A stretch of 64,000 nucleotides of DNA from Camelus dromedarius (Eukaryota). The notes under the pieces were generated by a model. The model saw nothing but the letters and a program-made list of their open reading frames with translations. It did no database searches and was not told where the DNA came from. The stretch covers positions 33,110,001 to 33,174,000 of the forward strand of contig NC_087436.1 in the NCBI RefSeq assembly GCF_036321535.1, given 5' to 3'. This document shows, piece after piece, positions 50,478 through 64,000 of the stretch. Position 1 is the first letter of the stretch. Every line of letters begins with the position of its first letter. Position numbers and translations under genes: made by a program.

Positions 50478-52815
50478 TTTTTTTATGTAGTGAAAAAGTA
50501 TATAACATAAAATTTACCATCTTAACCATTTTAAATTGTAAAGTTCAGCAGTGTTAAGTATATTTATGTTGTGTAAAACAGATCTCTGAAACTTTTTTGT
50601 TTTTCAAAACTGAAACCCTATACGCATTGGACAACAATTCTCCTTTTCTCCCTTCTTGCAGTGCCTGGTAACCATCATTCTACTTTCTGTTCTTTCTAAT
50701 TTAGTTGTTTTAGATACTTGATAAAAGTGGAATCAGACAGTATATTTCTTTTTGTTACTGACTTATTTCACTTAGCATAATTCCCTCAAGATTTAATCAT
50801 GTTGTAGCATGTGACAAGATTTCCTTCCTGTTTTAGGCTGAATAATATTCACTTTTATGAATATACAGTACCGTATTTAATTTATCCACTGAACCATCAA
50901 TGACATTTGGGTTTGTTCCATCCCATGGCTCTTGTGAATAGTGCTTCTGTGAACACAAGTGTGCAAATACCTCTTCCAGACGCTGCTTTTAATTCCTTTG
51001 GGTTGCAGAAGTTTTTTGAATTGCTTTCAGTTCTTCTGTATATGCTAACAAGTGGGGTGATAGGATTGTATGGTAGTTCTCTTCTTCACTTTTTGAGGAA
51101 ATTTAATACAGTTTTTACTGGGTTGCACTATTTGACATTCCCATCAAAAGTACACAGTGATTTAGTGATTCCAATGTCTTAATATAAGCACCAATACTTG
51201 TTCTGTTCTCTTTTGTGTGTGTATTTATGTGTGTGTATGTTTGTTTTTGGTAGTAAACATCCTAATGGGTATGAGATTATATCTCATAGTGGTTTTGATT
51301 TGCATTTCTCTGATGATTGTGATGTTGAGCATCTTTTTATATGCTTGCTGGTAATTTCATCTTAGAGAAATGTCTAGTGAAGTCCTTGGTCATTTTTCAA
51401 TTGTGTGAGTTTTTTTGGTGGTGTTGAGTTGTAGTAGTTCTTTATACATTCTGGACACTAACACCTCATGAGATATGATTGGCAAAGATTTTCTCACAGT
51501 CCTGGCTTGTCTTGTAATTCTCTTGACATTGTCTTTCACAGATAGAAGTTTTTCATTTTACTGAAGACCAAGTTATCAGTTATTTCTTTTATGGATTATG
51601 TCTATGGTGTGCATCACATAGCAAAGATCATGTAGTTTTTCTTCTATTATTCTCTTAAAGTTTATAATTTTGCATTTTACGTGATTCATCTTGAGTTCAT
51701 TTTTGTGACAAGTGTAAGGTCTGTGTCTAGATTAATTTTTTTTTGCATGTGCATGTCTAATTGTTCCAGCACCGTTAGTGAAGAGACTGTCTTTGGTCAA
51801 TTGTATTAGCTTTGCATTGTGTCAAAGATCAGTTGGCTATATTTATGTGGGTCTCTATCTAGGCTCTCTGTTTTGTTCCATTTATCTATTTGTTTTTTTC
51901 ACCAGTACCACACTTGCTGATTATTGTAGTTCTATAGTAAGTCTTAAAATTGGTTAATGTCAGTCCTCCAATTTTGTTTTTCTTCCTCAATGTTTTGGCT
52001 ATCCTGGGTTTTTTGCCTCTACATGTAAACTTAAAAATAATTATGTTGATATCCATGAAATAACTTGCTTGAATTTTTATTGGGATTACATTGAATTTAT
52101 AGATTAATTTTGGAAGTGACATGTTGACAATATTGAATCTTATCCATGAACTGGAATATCTCTTCATTTATTTAGTTTTCCTTTGATTTTGTTAATTAGA
52201 GTTTTATAGTTTCCCTTACATAGATCTTGTATATATTTTGTTAGATTTATACCTAAGTATTTAATACTTTATGGTTGCTAATGTAAATGGTATTATGTTT
52301 CTAACTTTAACTTCCACTTGTTCCTTGGTGGTATATTGGAAAGCAATTGAATTTTTTATATTAATTTTATATCCTGCAGCCTTACTGTAATTGCTTATTA
52401 GTTCCAGAGTATTTTTTTTGTTATTGTTTTTTATTCTTTTGGATTTTCTATGTAGATGATAATGTCATCTATGAACAAGGACTGTTTCATGTCTTCCTTC
52501 CCCATATGTATACACTGTATTTGCCTTTTTTGCATTTTCCCATTAGTTAGGACTTCCAGTACAGTGTTGAAAAACAGTAATGAGAAGGGACATCCTTGCC
52601 TTGTACCTAATCTTACTGGGAAAACTTCACTAAGTTTTGACCATTAAGTATGATGTCAGCTGTAGGTTTCTTGTAGATAGTCTTTATTGAATTGAGAAAT
52701 TTCCTTTCTATTCTTAGTTTACTGAGAGTTTTTAATCTTGAGTAGTTATTGTAGTTTGTCAAATGATTTTCTGTATCTATTGTTATGATCATGTGTTTTC
52801 CTTTTTTAGTTCATT
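50478..52815 (-). mobile_element. Old L1 (L1MA/MB-like) 3' portion
   Basis: 3' end aacataaaatttaccatcttaaccatt. ORF 51886..52167 (LPKLIYKFNVIPIKI...GGLTLTNFKTYY) is L1 ORF2. Confidence 0.92.
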
Positions 52816-52824
52816 GAGTCATTA

Positions 52825-53440
52825 AAAAATCTTTTCATTTTGGAAAATTTTTAAATTTACAGAAGGGCTGTAAAGTGAGTACAGAGAATTTCTATTCTTT
52901 CCTGTACTATTAACATCTTAATACTGTGGTACATTTATTAAGCCAAGAGATTAATTTTGATGCATTACTGCTAACTGTAGTTCAGACTTTATTCATATTT
53001 TACCAGTTTTCTCTCATGTCCTTTTATGTTCCAGGAGCCACTCCAGGATTCAACATTGCATTTAATTGTATTTCTAAAGACAATTTCCCAGGCTTTATTT
53101 TACGTGTGGCCATGACGGCTTTGAAGAGACTGCTCAGGTTTCTTATAGAATCGTCTTTAATTTGAGTTTCCTCATGGTTATACTGGGGTTATGGGTCTTG
53201 TGGAGGGATAGCACTGAGATAATGTACCCTTCTCACTACATCATATTAGAAAATCAGCATAACTAATTGTTATGTTAACCTTGATCACTTGTTTAAGGTA
53301 GTGCGTGTCACCGTTAATTCTAAAGTTACTGTTTTTCCATTTCTCTATATTCTGTTCTTTGGCAGTGAGTCACTAAGAGTTCTCATCAGCCCATACTTGG
53401 GGGCCAGGGATAGGGATTAAGCTATACCTCCTGGGGAGGA
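52825..53440 (-). mobile_element. L1MC/MB-like 3' UTR fragment
   Basis: ttttggaaaatttttaaatttacagaag...tattaacatcttaatactgtggtacattt. Confidence 0.7.
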
Positions 53441-54446
53441 GCATTTTAAATGAATGAATGAATAAATACATAGATATTTTAAAAATCTATCAGTTTTAAT
53501 TTTTAATATGACATATTTACACATTTAAACAACTCTAGCATCTTCAGTCAACTTTAAGAGTACAGTGGAATCCTAAAACCAAAATGTTTTAGAGCAACTT
53601 GTCTAACTGTTGAGCAGTTACTATGTCCTGTTATCCAAAGTGCTCTGCAGTTACATACTTGGTGATAATGATACTTCACTGTTGTATAATTCCTTCTTTT
53701 AAAAGCATCTCTATGTCCAAAGCCTCATTTCACTCTTATACAGCTCATTTGCTGTAATTCCATACTCTCCCCATTTACAGGTGCATAAGTAGTCTCAGAA
53801 CTGCTAATGGCTCACTTAATCTTACCGAAAGCCTTTGTCTTTCTGTTTCTCTACCAGTGTTCACTATATTGCCTGCAATTATTTTTATAGCTGTACTCAT
53901 TTCAAGGGACTAAAGATGCATGCTGTAAAGTTTTTGTGAGAAGCATACTAAAGATAACAACATAATGTTAAACAGAATTCATTAAAGAACTGCTAAGACA
54001 AAAAACTAAGTATGATTTTAAGAGAAGTGGTTGTGGCCAAGCCACACAAAAAAACCAACTGTGACACCAGTTTTGGTATCACTACAGCTACAGGAACCCT
54101 ACAGTTTATAAAAAAGTAATTGTTCTCTCTAAGAAATTAAAGTCATCTTAAAATTCACATATCATTATAATAGTTATAATAATTGAAATAATTATGTCCA
54201 GCTTGTTAAGTGTTAGAGACACCATTATGTCTTAAATTAAAAATATTTGCTAAAGAAACATTTGAAAAAAATGACCCTTTCTTTTCAAATATTCTTGAAT
54301 TTCATCAGAAGTTTTTAAGCCAATATAGTACATTATTATAGAGGTTGATGAACTAAGATAGAAACACCCTACTAGAAACATTAATACCAGTGTTTCTTTA
54401 AGTGGTGAAATGGTAAAGACACGAGCTTTCATGTTCTAAACATACA

Positions 54447-54575
54447 CTGTGCTTCCCACGTGTGGTTCAAAGGGTTGACCTGTCCATATTGTACATGCCT
54501 CAGAATCATCTAGGGGGCTCCTTATAATGATGATCTCACAAGCCCCTCCTACAACTATTGAATCAGAATCTCTTT
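54447..54575. mobile_element. MER5-like fragment
   Basis: cctcagaatcatctaggggg...tattgaatcagaatctc. Confidence 0.6.
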
Positions 54576-57500
54576 GAGTGTGACTCCACAAGTGAAATCT
54601 GGCTTGAATATTTATGATGGTTGATTTCTGTTTTTCCTAAAATGTAAAGTTACCAAAGTAGAACAAAGCACAGGTAAGTAACCTTTTGCTTCAAAGACTC
54701 ATATTGATTTCATACAAGGGCTCACTTATTGTATGCTGTCACCAAGAATAGTTTAGGGTTCTGGTGCTAATCAAGCCTGGGCAAAATAATAAGACCTGGT
54801 CTAGGGTGAAACACAAGGATAATTCAAGGTAAAAGCTTGAAAGTACAAATCCTTGAAGCCTTTCAAGAATGAAAAAGAATTCGCCAAGACAGTTGAGTAA
54901 GGGTAGGTTCATCTTTGGCTCAGAATTACCGAGGACAGCTGTGCTCTTGAAGGCTTGGAGTCCTAGCTCCATCAATGTGCTTCCATTAATCTTAAATGTG
55001 CAGCCCTCTGAAACTTTTATCGGATTGGCAAATCCATAAATATAGAGGAAACAAAGTACCTTTTGGAATTTGAGGCACGTGTTTTAAGGAATCATAGGAA
55101 AGCTAAGGGGGAACTTAGTAATATACTGAGGAATTTCAGAAATGGTTACACAAAAGGTATTTCCTACCACTGTTCAATCCCAATTCCCAAACTCATTGGT
55201 ATTCAGTATTCAATATTCTTGCCTGAAATATAAGATGAAATCTGTATTTTTACATTATGGAGCTGAAACACAGTTTAGATTAAATCCAGCTCATGTAAGT
55301 TTCCATTGCAAATTACCAAAGGATTTTAAGTTAAATTGTTAATGTGGTCCTCTCTTTTTGGTGCTGAATGCCCTAATGAATCTGGGAACCTGGGATGGAG
55401 GGCATGTGTGGAAATGTTCTTTGTAATAACTTTTATCTGGGTTTAATTTGCACTGCATACAATGAGTACACTCTTATTATGTTTTTCCTGGAAGAGCTGA
55501 AACTAAATTGTACCAGAGTGTTTAGAGGGAAACACATTTAAACTATTTGTGTGAAGATAAATAATGGTTTTGTGGCCAGTCTTAAAAGTGTACTGTGCCA
55601 AAATAGCATAGGTGTTCTTATTTATTTATGGATAACTGAAGAAACTTGAAGTTTTGAAATATTTTGTCCTGCATTGTTGGTTTCTAGTGAAAGTTTGAAC
55701 TATCGCTGAAAATGATTTTTTAAAGTTCCCCTTCAAAACGTACAGGATTATTAATTGCATTCACACTAAGTCCCAGATTGTGATGAATTTCTTGGTTCTT
55801 TCATTAGAGTTTTTGATTACCAGAAGGCATTAGGCACTTTTGCTTATAAGAAGGAATGATACCAGTGTGATTTTAAAATAATATATCACCTTTATTGATC
55901 ACTTTCAATATAATATGATAAAAAATGCTGTGTAGAATAGAAGATGAATAAAATTTCTCTAACTTCAAGGAGCTTGTAATTCACTGGCTAGATAATACAT
56001 GTACTTGAATAAAAGTGAGGCTGTTAGGTCTATGAAAGAATGTCCTATGAAGAGTAGAGAAGTGACACCGTGGCTGTTTAAATGAGGGCACATCAGGAAT
56101 GGCTGTCAGGAAGTAGGTGATACAGCTTCCTTTGATTAAATCCCAATGGCATGAAAGTTCTCAAGGGTCCTTTTCTTCTTGATTTTGCAAAGTTCACAGC
56201 TTAAACAAATGCTTGGGTGAAGATTCTCATATACTAGGAGGAAGAGGGAAGTGGCATTTAGCATAGCACATAGGTGCTCTGCACACACGTGATAGAAATG
56301 GTTTGGTTCCAAAACCCCTACTCCCCCCCACCAAGGTCATATAAAACCAATCCTCTAATTAATCTTTAAAAAACAGAACTCAGAATTTCCTGGGCACAGG
56401 CAGTAAATCTTTTAAACCAAGTCAAAACTTGATTTAGAGTTTTTAACCCAGAACTCTCTGAATTTGCATCTTCACTGCTTTTGTACTAAACCCTTGGTGA
56501 AACTAGGGAATTCAAAAGAATGTTTAGGAAACCCTAGCATTTTAGCCATCATGCCTTAAAATTATCTTTATATTCTTCCTAAACCTAGTTATAATTCATT
56601 TGCATCAAAGATAAGACTCATTTATATATTTCAGTTCCAACGGCATAAGGGAGGCATCATTTGAACACAGACTGCAGTTAATGCAGAAGAATTTACTTGA
56701 ACGTAAGGACAATTAACCAAAATACTATGTCAGTTTTCCATCATTTGTAAAGAAAAAGAGAGCTTAGTAAGAAAGTTGTATATAATGCATAAATCTGTTA
56801 TTGATGCAGATGACTTCTAATCCCTACTCTGAAGAGAATATGAACAGCAAGAATGTATCCAAGGATTCTTTCATGTATCAGTGACAAGAATTCTCATGGA
56901 ACAGGAGAAGGGAGTGAAGTTATGGTACTGTTTAGCCAAGACTCCTATCAATGCCAAAAAAAAAACCCCAAAAACAAAACCCAAAACCAGGACTCTTGGT
57001 TAAGAGGGTAAGAATCAACTCCAGAAAGTTTAAAAATCTATATAAAAATAGTTTGTGACACAATTTCATGCTGCTTGCTTGTGTTAAAAGTACTTCTTAT
57101 AGTGTAATAGTCAATCTCATTAACTGATATTCTTACTCTTCATTACAAAGCAATGATTACTTTTCTTTATCGAGCTACACTTCCAAATACAGTTGTAGAA
57201 ACCATTACAAGTTAAGAAAAATTTGCATTTAATGACTAGAAATATCATCATAAATATTAATAAATTCCATTAATAAATTCCAGAATAATGTAGGGAGTAA
57301 AAAAGATGAGTAGTAGATATTAATTTAAAAATGAAACACCTGATTTTGATGTGGTTTGGCATCCTAATAATGATTTCTGGCACATGTACCAACCCAGTTA
57401 TTCAAAGTAATAGATCATTTACACTTGAAAATTATGTTCCCTATCAATATAATTTATGTAAATAGGGTAAAGTTTTTTATTAATCACTTTAAATTATCCA

Positions 57501-60369
57501 AAAAAGTTTGTTATATTTTTGAGGAAGAGAAACTAGGCTACGTGATCTCTTTTTTAAGTGAGATTCGAATATTTCAAATATTCAAAGGCTGTATAAACAT
57601 CTTTTGTAACTGTTTTTCCTTTGTTCTTACATTGGCCTATGAAGCACTGTAAGGGTTTTGAAGGGTAATATAGTCCCTGACTCCTCACGAAATTCTTACT
57701 TCTAAGAGCATTAAGTTCAATTCTAAACTTCTGTTTCAATTCAGGTGCAAATTCTATTGTTCTTTTTATTGCTTACTGAATATGTGTCTGTTTAATTCAG
57801 TCAGCTGCTGGAAGGTAATGACTCTTGACTACAGACTTTAGCTAGAGTCTAAACAATGGCCTTTGGCAAATCTCCCCAAGTGTTCAATTGAGGGGATGTT
57901 ATGTTTTTAATTTGGGGATCTTTATGGTTGATTACGTCACCGTAGTAGAGATACGAAAAGGGAGGAATGCCTTTACCCAAACTCTTTCCTTTTTAACAAA
58001 CTCATGAAGAACAAGAGATGAAAGGGAGGAATGGGAATGGGAGACGAGCAATTTGCATGTGCTCAGAAGTGAAAATGTGAAATTAATGTTGCCAAAACAA
58101 CTTCTGAAGTGACATTCTCCTTTGCTTTTTCCCAAACTTAAGCACTCTTTGGGAATTATAGATTTTGTGGGCAGGGTTATGAGTTAAAGACTTTTCTAAA
58201 TATTATTAAATATCCTTCAAAGGAATGTACTTATACAGTCTGAGAGAAGAATGATTAAATTTAATCATTCGGTCTCATTTGAGGTCAAAGATATTTGTGT
58301 TTATCCACATGGCATGGCATTTAACTTTGATGCATGTGTATATTCACCCTGTTCAAATTAAAACATTATAGGTGTGCTTAACTTAGTCAGGGCACAACAT
58401 AAACAGTTTAAAACTCTTTGGAATGAATGACTATTTTTCTGCAGTTAAGGAATATGATGAAAAAAAAATAAGTGGATGGTCAGTGCTCTGGCTGATCCGT
58501 GGCCAGCTAGGTTCTGACTTCATTGACACATTTTGTGGAAAGGGTGTTTTAATGAAGGATGGAATTGTAGATAATTCATTCCATGCTGTGAGGTTAACCA
58601 CAAGACTCTAAGAAATCACAAAACTTATTACTCCTGCAGATGTGCTGGAACTAAAAGCAGGGATTGAAATTCTGAAAGCACTATTTTTTTATCTGACTTG
58701 ATTTTATTGTGAAGCATACCCTGGTTAAGTGTCCAGATTTTTTTTTAATTTAAATATATATATATATATATTACATAAATATAGTATATATTTATAAATC
58801 TATATTTATCTATCTACTTCTATCTATCTATCTGTCTATCTAAAAGTGAAAAGGAGTATTTTTTTTCTTGGTGTTTCAGCAATACAATTGAGATAATTTC
58901 AAAGTGGTGAATGCTGAAAGTATAAATGTGCCCTGCATTTGTACTGCTTCCTTGCACAGTGTTTTCACTGGGAAGTCATCCCCTGGGGTATTACTTCTGT
59001 TTGTACTCCAGCATTCTGACTCTCACCTCCTAGCTCAGCAATGTGCTGCCATCATTATCGAATTAATGAGACAAGACACTAATTTTGATACTTTGAATGA
59101 TCTCCCCTGGTCCTTAAATAATAATGGTGGTGCAGCTAGCAGCTTAACAGTTCTGGGTCTGGACCTGAGAAAAGGGATATGCTGGAATTAATCCCATAGA
59201 AAACAGAGTAAAAAAGGTTCTTTCCTCTCTGACTTTTGAGTATCAAAATTTTAGCTCCTGAGGGCAACTGAGGAGAACAGAATGGATTCAGGTATAATAA
59301 GGAAAACTGTTATGTCAAAGCAGGGAATTTCTTTCCAGTATTGAATTCAGATAGATTCCCTAGGACTGGGGAAGGAGAATGGGAGTGAAAGGGAAAACAA
59401 GATGCAGAGCAGTTACTTCCACCTGCTCCCCCCCGACCCTGCCTGTTTCCCCACCACTCATCTTCCCCCGACCCAACCTGCTACTCTGGGCCTTTGAAAG
59501 TCTCATTCTAGTTGGGCAAGAGGTGACTAAGTATCCTGTTGGTAAGAATTCTGTGGTTAGAAAATGAAAGTGACTAAACATCAGCCTCAGGGACTCATGG
59601 CCAAGATGGAGGGCCTGGTGGTACACCTCATGTCAGTGCGGCTAGATGATAAATGATGCCCTGACACTGTGTCAGCTGTCAAGAACTTAGATGCAAACCT
59701 GGGGAATTAAGAGGGTGTTTCCTAACTGAGTAATGTTTAATTTTTGATGATCTTGTAGAATATGAGCTCAAGAAATTGGGTTGAATAATAAAGGTTTATT
59801 CAATAATTTTTTTTTCTTCTTCTTTTCTGTCTCATGTGTCACATGCATTTGTGGCCTGAAATTGTGGTAACTGAGTAACTACTAGATTAGAACAAAGGGT
59901 CTGGATAAGACATGAATCTGAAAAATCTAATATATTATGAAGGTTGGGTAGCTAAGGGAAAGAGAAAGAGAATGGTGTATTTCTAGGTAAATGGGCTATA
60001 AGAGTCTGGGCATGAAGTGACATATCCCCTCTCAGAGAATAAATCTATTCTTCTGTGAATCATCACTTTATATAAGAAGTTTAAGAAAATGGATTTGAAA
60101 AATGGTATTCTAATTCCTTCCTAACAAGAAAACACATTAATACCCATATACTTACTATGGATCATACTGACATATTCTTAACCTCATTGGCTGTACCTGT
60201 ACCTTTTCATACTTTTTCATTTCAAGTGTCATGTATTCAACTGTGCTAAACTCAAACTTTCCTTATTGCTCTCTAGCAGTCATACCATATTTCTCTAGAC
60301 TTTTCCTTTCCTGGATGCCTTTTTCATAACTTTTCCCCTTTGACCAAACCTCCTGATTTATTCGCAATT

Positions 60370-61010
60370 TCACAGAGAGAGAAAAGGAAATCAGGTGAAC
60401 TCTGACAGTTTCTTACCATCAGTGTCCCATTATCCATGATCATGTCCTCTACCTTTTTTCTTGTTATTTTGGATGCATTATCCATATCCAAGCCACTATT
60501 CATATTTTTGTACTGAATCTTTTCACTTTTATTTACTCAAAGACCACATTCCAGCAATTCTGCCCTCTCCTTTTGCTTCATCATCTCTCTCTCCTTGTTG
60601 AATTACAGCAACCAGCCTAAAACAAACAAACAAGCAAGCAAAAACTGTAATGAATTTCAATTAAAAACAAAACAACACAAAACATTTTTTAATCCTCTTC
60701 CCCCATTTCCCTCTAGCTATTGTCCCATTTCCCTGCTCCCTTTTAAAGCAAACCTGAGGGTATAGCAATCTGTATTTGCAGTTAGTAATTACTCACATTC
60801 TCTCATGGAGTTTATGGGCTTTCTGCTCACTCACTCACTCCACAGAAATTGGTCTTATCAAAGTCACCATTGTTCTTCATTTGCTGACTCATGGTTAGTT
60901 CTTGATCCTCTTATCCTTTGACTTCTCTGCAGCATTGAACATTGGTGAGTTCTTCCTTCTTCTTGAAAGGCTATTTTCACTTTCCTTCCACTTTCCCTCC
61001 TACCTTCTCC
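60370..61010 (+). mobile_element. L2 fragment
   Basis: ccactattcatatttttgtactgaatc and tttgacttctctgcagcattgaacattggtga. Confidence 0.7.
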
Positions 61011-61073
61011 CTTCTTAATCAAATTTTCAGATAAAAAATAAGAATTTCTGAGTTTTTTATGTAGTGCATCTTT

Positions 61074-61125
61074 TAAAAAAATTAAAGTATAGTTGATTTA
61101 CAGTATTGTGTTAGCTTCAGATGCC
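61074..61125 (-). mobile_element. Ultra-truncated L1 3' end with 15-bp TSD
   Basis: attaaagtatagttgatttacagtattgtgttagcttcag flanked by ATGTAGTGCATCTTT at 61059-61073 and 61126-61140. Confidence 0.88.
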
Positions 61126-61371
61126 ATGTAGTGCATCTTTAATCTTTTGAATAGGTTAAGGAATGTCATTATTTGTGGATTTTAGTTGCAAATATTTGCA
61201 ATAAAATAATAATTTGACTAGCTCAAATTTAATGGACAATTCAGATATTAAATTTTAGCTTCTATTTGAACTTTAAAAGAAGGAGTGGTATTATTTTGCA
61301 TTCTGTTTATTTTCCAATGACTTTTTGAAAATACTGTGTTTTAAAAGCTTGCAGAATATTCCTTTCCTCTA

Positions 61372-63105
61372 AAATTGTAAAGGTGGTGGTAAATCATTTG
61401 TAGCTTTAGTATGAAGTTTAAAAACCAAAAATTTTAAAAATAACTATACAAAAAATTGGGAATAGATCCACAAGGAAAACAGGGTGTAAATTGTGACATT
61501 AAAAACATAAAATGTGGGGTAGGAGAGAACAAAAATATAGAACTTTATTATGCTTTTGAACCTAAGTTTTTACCAGCTTAAAAGAGACTGTTATAAGATG
61601 TTTTATATGTCTCATGGTAACCACAAAGCAAAAGCCTATCATAGACGAAGAGAAAGAGAAAAGGAGTCTAAGCATACCGCTACAGGAAATTATCCAATCA
61701 CCAAGGAAGACATAAAGAGACGAGAGGAACAAAGGAACTACAAAAAAGCCAGAAAACAGTGGGCAAAATGGTAATAATAAGCCCATACCTATCAATAATT
61801 ACTTTAATTGCAAATGGACTAAATTCTCCCATTAAAAGACATAAAATGGCTGAATGGATTAATAAACAAAGGCCACTACAGAAAACAGTATGAATGGTCT
61901 TAAAAAAACTAAAAATAGAGCTACCATATGACCCAGCAATCCCACTTCTGCGTATATATTCCAAAGGAGTTATAAATATGGAAAGGGATAATACTAGAGT
62001 GGAATCAGATATATACAGACTATGTGTATGTGTCTAGATACATTGTTTCCTAGCTTTGCTCTCTAAGAAGCGATAAAGCCCCAGTAACAATGAGCGCAGT
62101 TAGTTTCGATATCTTGGTTTCTAAATACCATTCTCAAATTAAAGGAATGAGGCTAACTTGGAGAAGTGACTGATCCATGTCTGGGTAAGGAAATTTCAGC
62201 GTAAACCTACATGTTGAAAGAACACAGGAACCAGCTTGAAGGAGCTCCCAATGACCACATATGGGGTGATTAGAGCAATGAAATAAATAATTGTAACTAT
62301 GAATGTAATTAATAAAATAAAATAAAAATTGATGAGTTCATTGAGTTATAGGTAATTGAATAAATAAATTCATTAGAGGTTCTCTCTCTTGGAGTAAAAT
62401 TCCATGTAATTAATGAAGCAGAAAGGATGGAAATTGAAAGCACTGTATGGCAATCAACACAGTAATAACTGTTGCATCAATGAATGCTAGAACTAGTTGG
62501 AAAAACTATGAGACACAAGATTAATGCAGAGTCTCAAAATAGATACCTAAAAGATATTTATTAATTACACAGGAAAAATAATTTTTTATTATTTTTTTGG
62601 CATAACCTGGTAGATACCATCTCAGTCAACCAGTAACAGACATATTGCTATCACTTGTCTCTTGATTTGATGCACTGAGAGGAGCACATTGTCACTTATG
62701 TGGAATTCTTATCAAAACACAAAACCTGAATTTAATCATGCAGAACAAACTTACAACGAGGGCTTGTCTATAAGATAATTCTTCAGAAGTTTCAAGGCCT
62801 TGAAACATAAGCAAAGAAAGAAGCACTGTTACAGATTGTAGAAAACTAAGGCGACATGACATCTAAATGCCATGTGAGATCCTTGGTTGGATACCAGATC
62901 CTAAAAGGATATTAGTGGGTGAAGTGGTTTCTGTAGATTATTTAATAGTGTAGTATCACTGTTACTTTTCTGATTCTGGTGCTTTCCTATGGTTGTGTAA
63001 TAAGTTACCTTTTAGAGAAGCTTAGTGAAGGGTAAATGGGAATTCTTTGTAATATATTTTCAACCTTTTATAAGTCTGAAATTACTTTGAAATGAAAATT
63101 AAAAG
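61372..63105 (+). mobile_element. L1 fragments: inter-ORF/ORF2 start, ORF2 end, L1MC-like 3' UTR
   Basis: atacctatcaataattactttaattgcaaatggactaaattctccc; aaaatagagctaccatatgacccagcaatccc; taagtctgaaattactttgaaatgaaaa. Confidence 0.85.
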
Positions 63106-64000
63106 ATTATGGTATGTGTAATGATAGCAGAATGTATATGTTCCAAATTAGCATATATGCTTGTGAGAATAATTTAGTCAAGAGGTTGTCAGAGAGTCAT
63201 TAAGGAGGGTGAAAGCTAACTGGTTTTGGAAAAAATTTTTTTATTTCTGTAGATGAGCAAAGATTTTAATATGCTAATTTGAACATTCCAGTAGGGAGAT
63301 AGAGAAAATAGCCCTTTTATCTGACTTTTTCTCATGGAACCCCTCACTGCTATTAAGTTCCACGGATGTACTTTATTAAATGCTAATGCAAACAGTGGTT
63401 AGCCAGGAGAGTGTTTTTAGTATAGAATTGACATAAAAAGTTTAACCTTTGTAGAAATTGAGTTCAATCACAATCACTTGCTCCAAAACATAAATATGCA
63501 TAATTGGGATCTCAGCTTGTGTCCAGACCTTCAGCCCATTGCTGGGGCTCACACATATCTGGGTATATTTGGTGAACTGACAGGATGGGCCCCAAAAGAA
63601 GGTCTTTGCACTGGGTTGAGGAGCCTCTGGGAAAAAAAATTTCATGCTTTTGCCACATCTGGCAAACTGACAATGTGGCAGGAAGGTAGTTTTGAAGACT
63701 CTCAGCAGAACAACAGTAACAGTGACAATGATGACAATGATGACAAACTAACTATACCAGAATCATGTGTCAGCACAATGGATTTAAGCGGAACAGGCCG
63801 AGTAGGAAGAATGGCAATGAACAGGCAATCCTTGGCTAGGGTCTGTGTTTAGATCCCAGTGATAGGGAAAGTTGAAATGAAACCTGAAAGATGCATTTCA
63901 CTACACTGAGTAAAACTCACCCACATCTCCCACCACTGTTCTCACAGAACCCTGCAGCTTCGGTCCCAAGTCCTTCAGCACTCCCAGGTGATGCCAGCAG

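Noticed and set aside
63478..63852. 124-aa ORF near the window end
   Set aside because: Non-ATG start, no splice or motif support, and partly a simple trinucleotide-like tract.

Overview
AT-rich, CpG-poor mammalian genomic DNA. The L1 3' ends are of cetartiodactyl type and I see no Alu, B1/B2, Bov-tA/A2, PRE1, Can-SINE or ERE SINEs, so a camelid is my inference. No intact protein-coding gene is evident; most ORFs in the track are L1/LTR debris or noise. A large part of the window is transposon-derived (L1, L2, MIR, MLT, MER, two ERV1-type solo LTRs). The main result is that the unique sequence from about 11.3 to 42.6 kb (possibly 4.7 to 44.5 kb) holds about 20 minus-strand fossil exons. They have mostly canonical splice sites and largely compatible phases. 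Their degenerate translation repeatedly gives RGS-box-like motifs and an RGS22/RGSL1-type N-terminus. This looks like a long-dead, unprocessed pseudogene of a very large multi-RGS-domain gene (about 7 kb of coding sequence). It was later hit by an LTR and a (TA)n expansion, and one exon was copied by an inverted duplication. Other oddities are a second local inverted duplication, a 63-bp minisatellite ending in a perfect 64-bp palindrome inside an L1, and L1 insertions with clean target-site duplications (TSDs). All family assignments are by eye from remembered consensus motifs, not from database searches.
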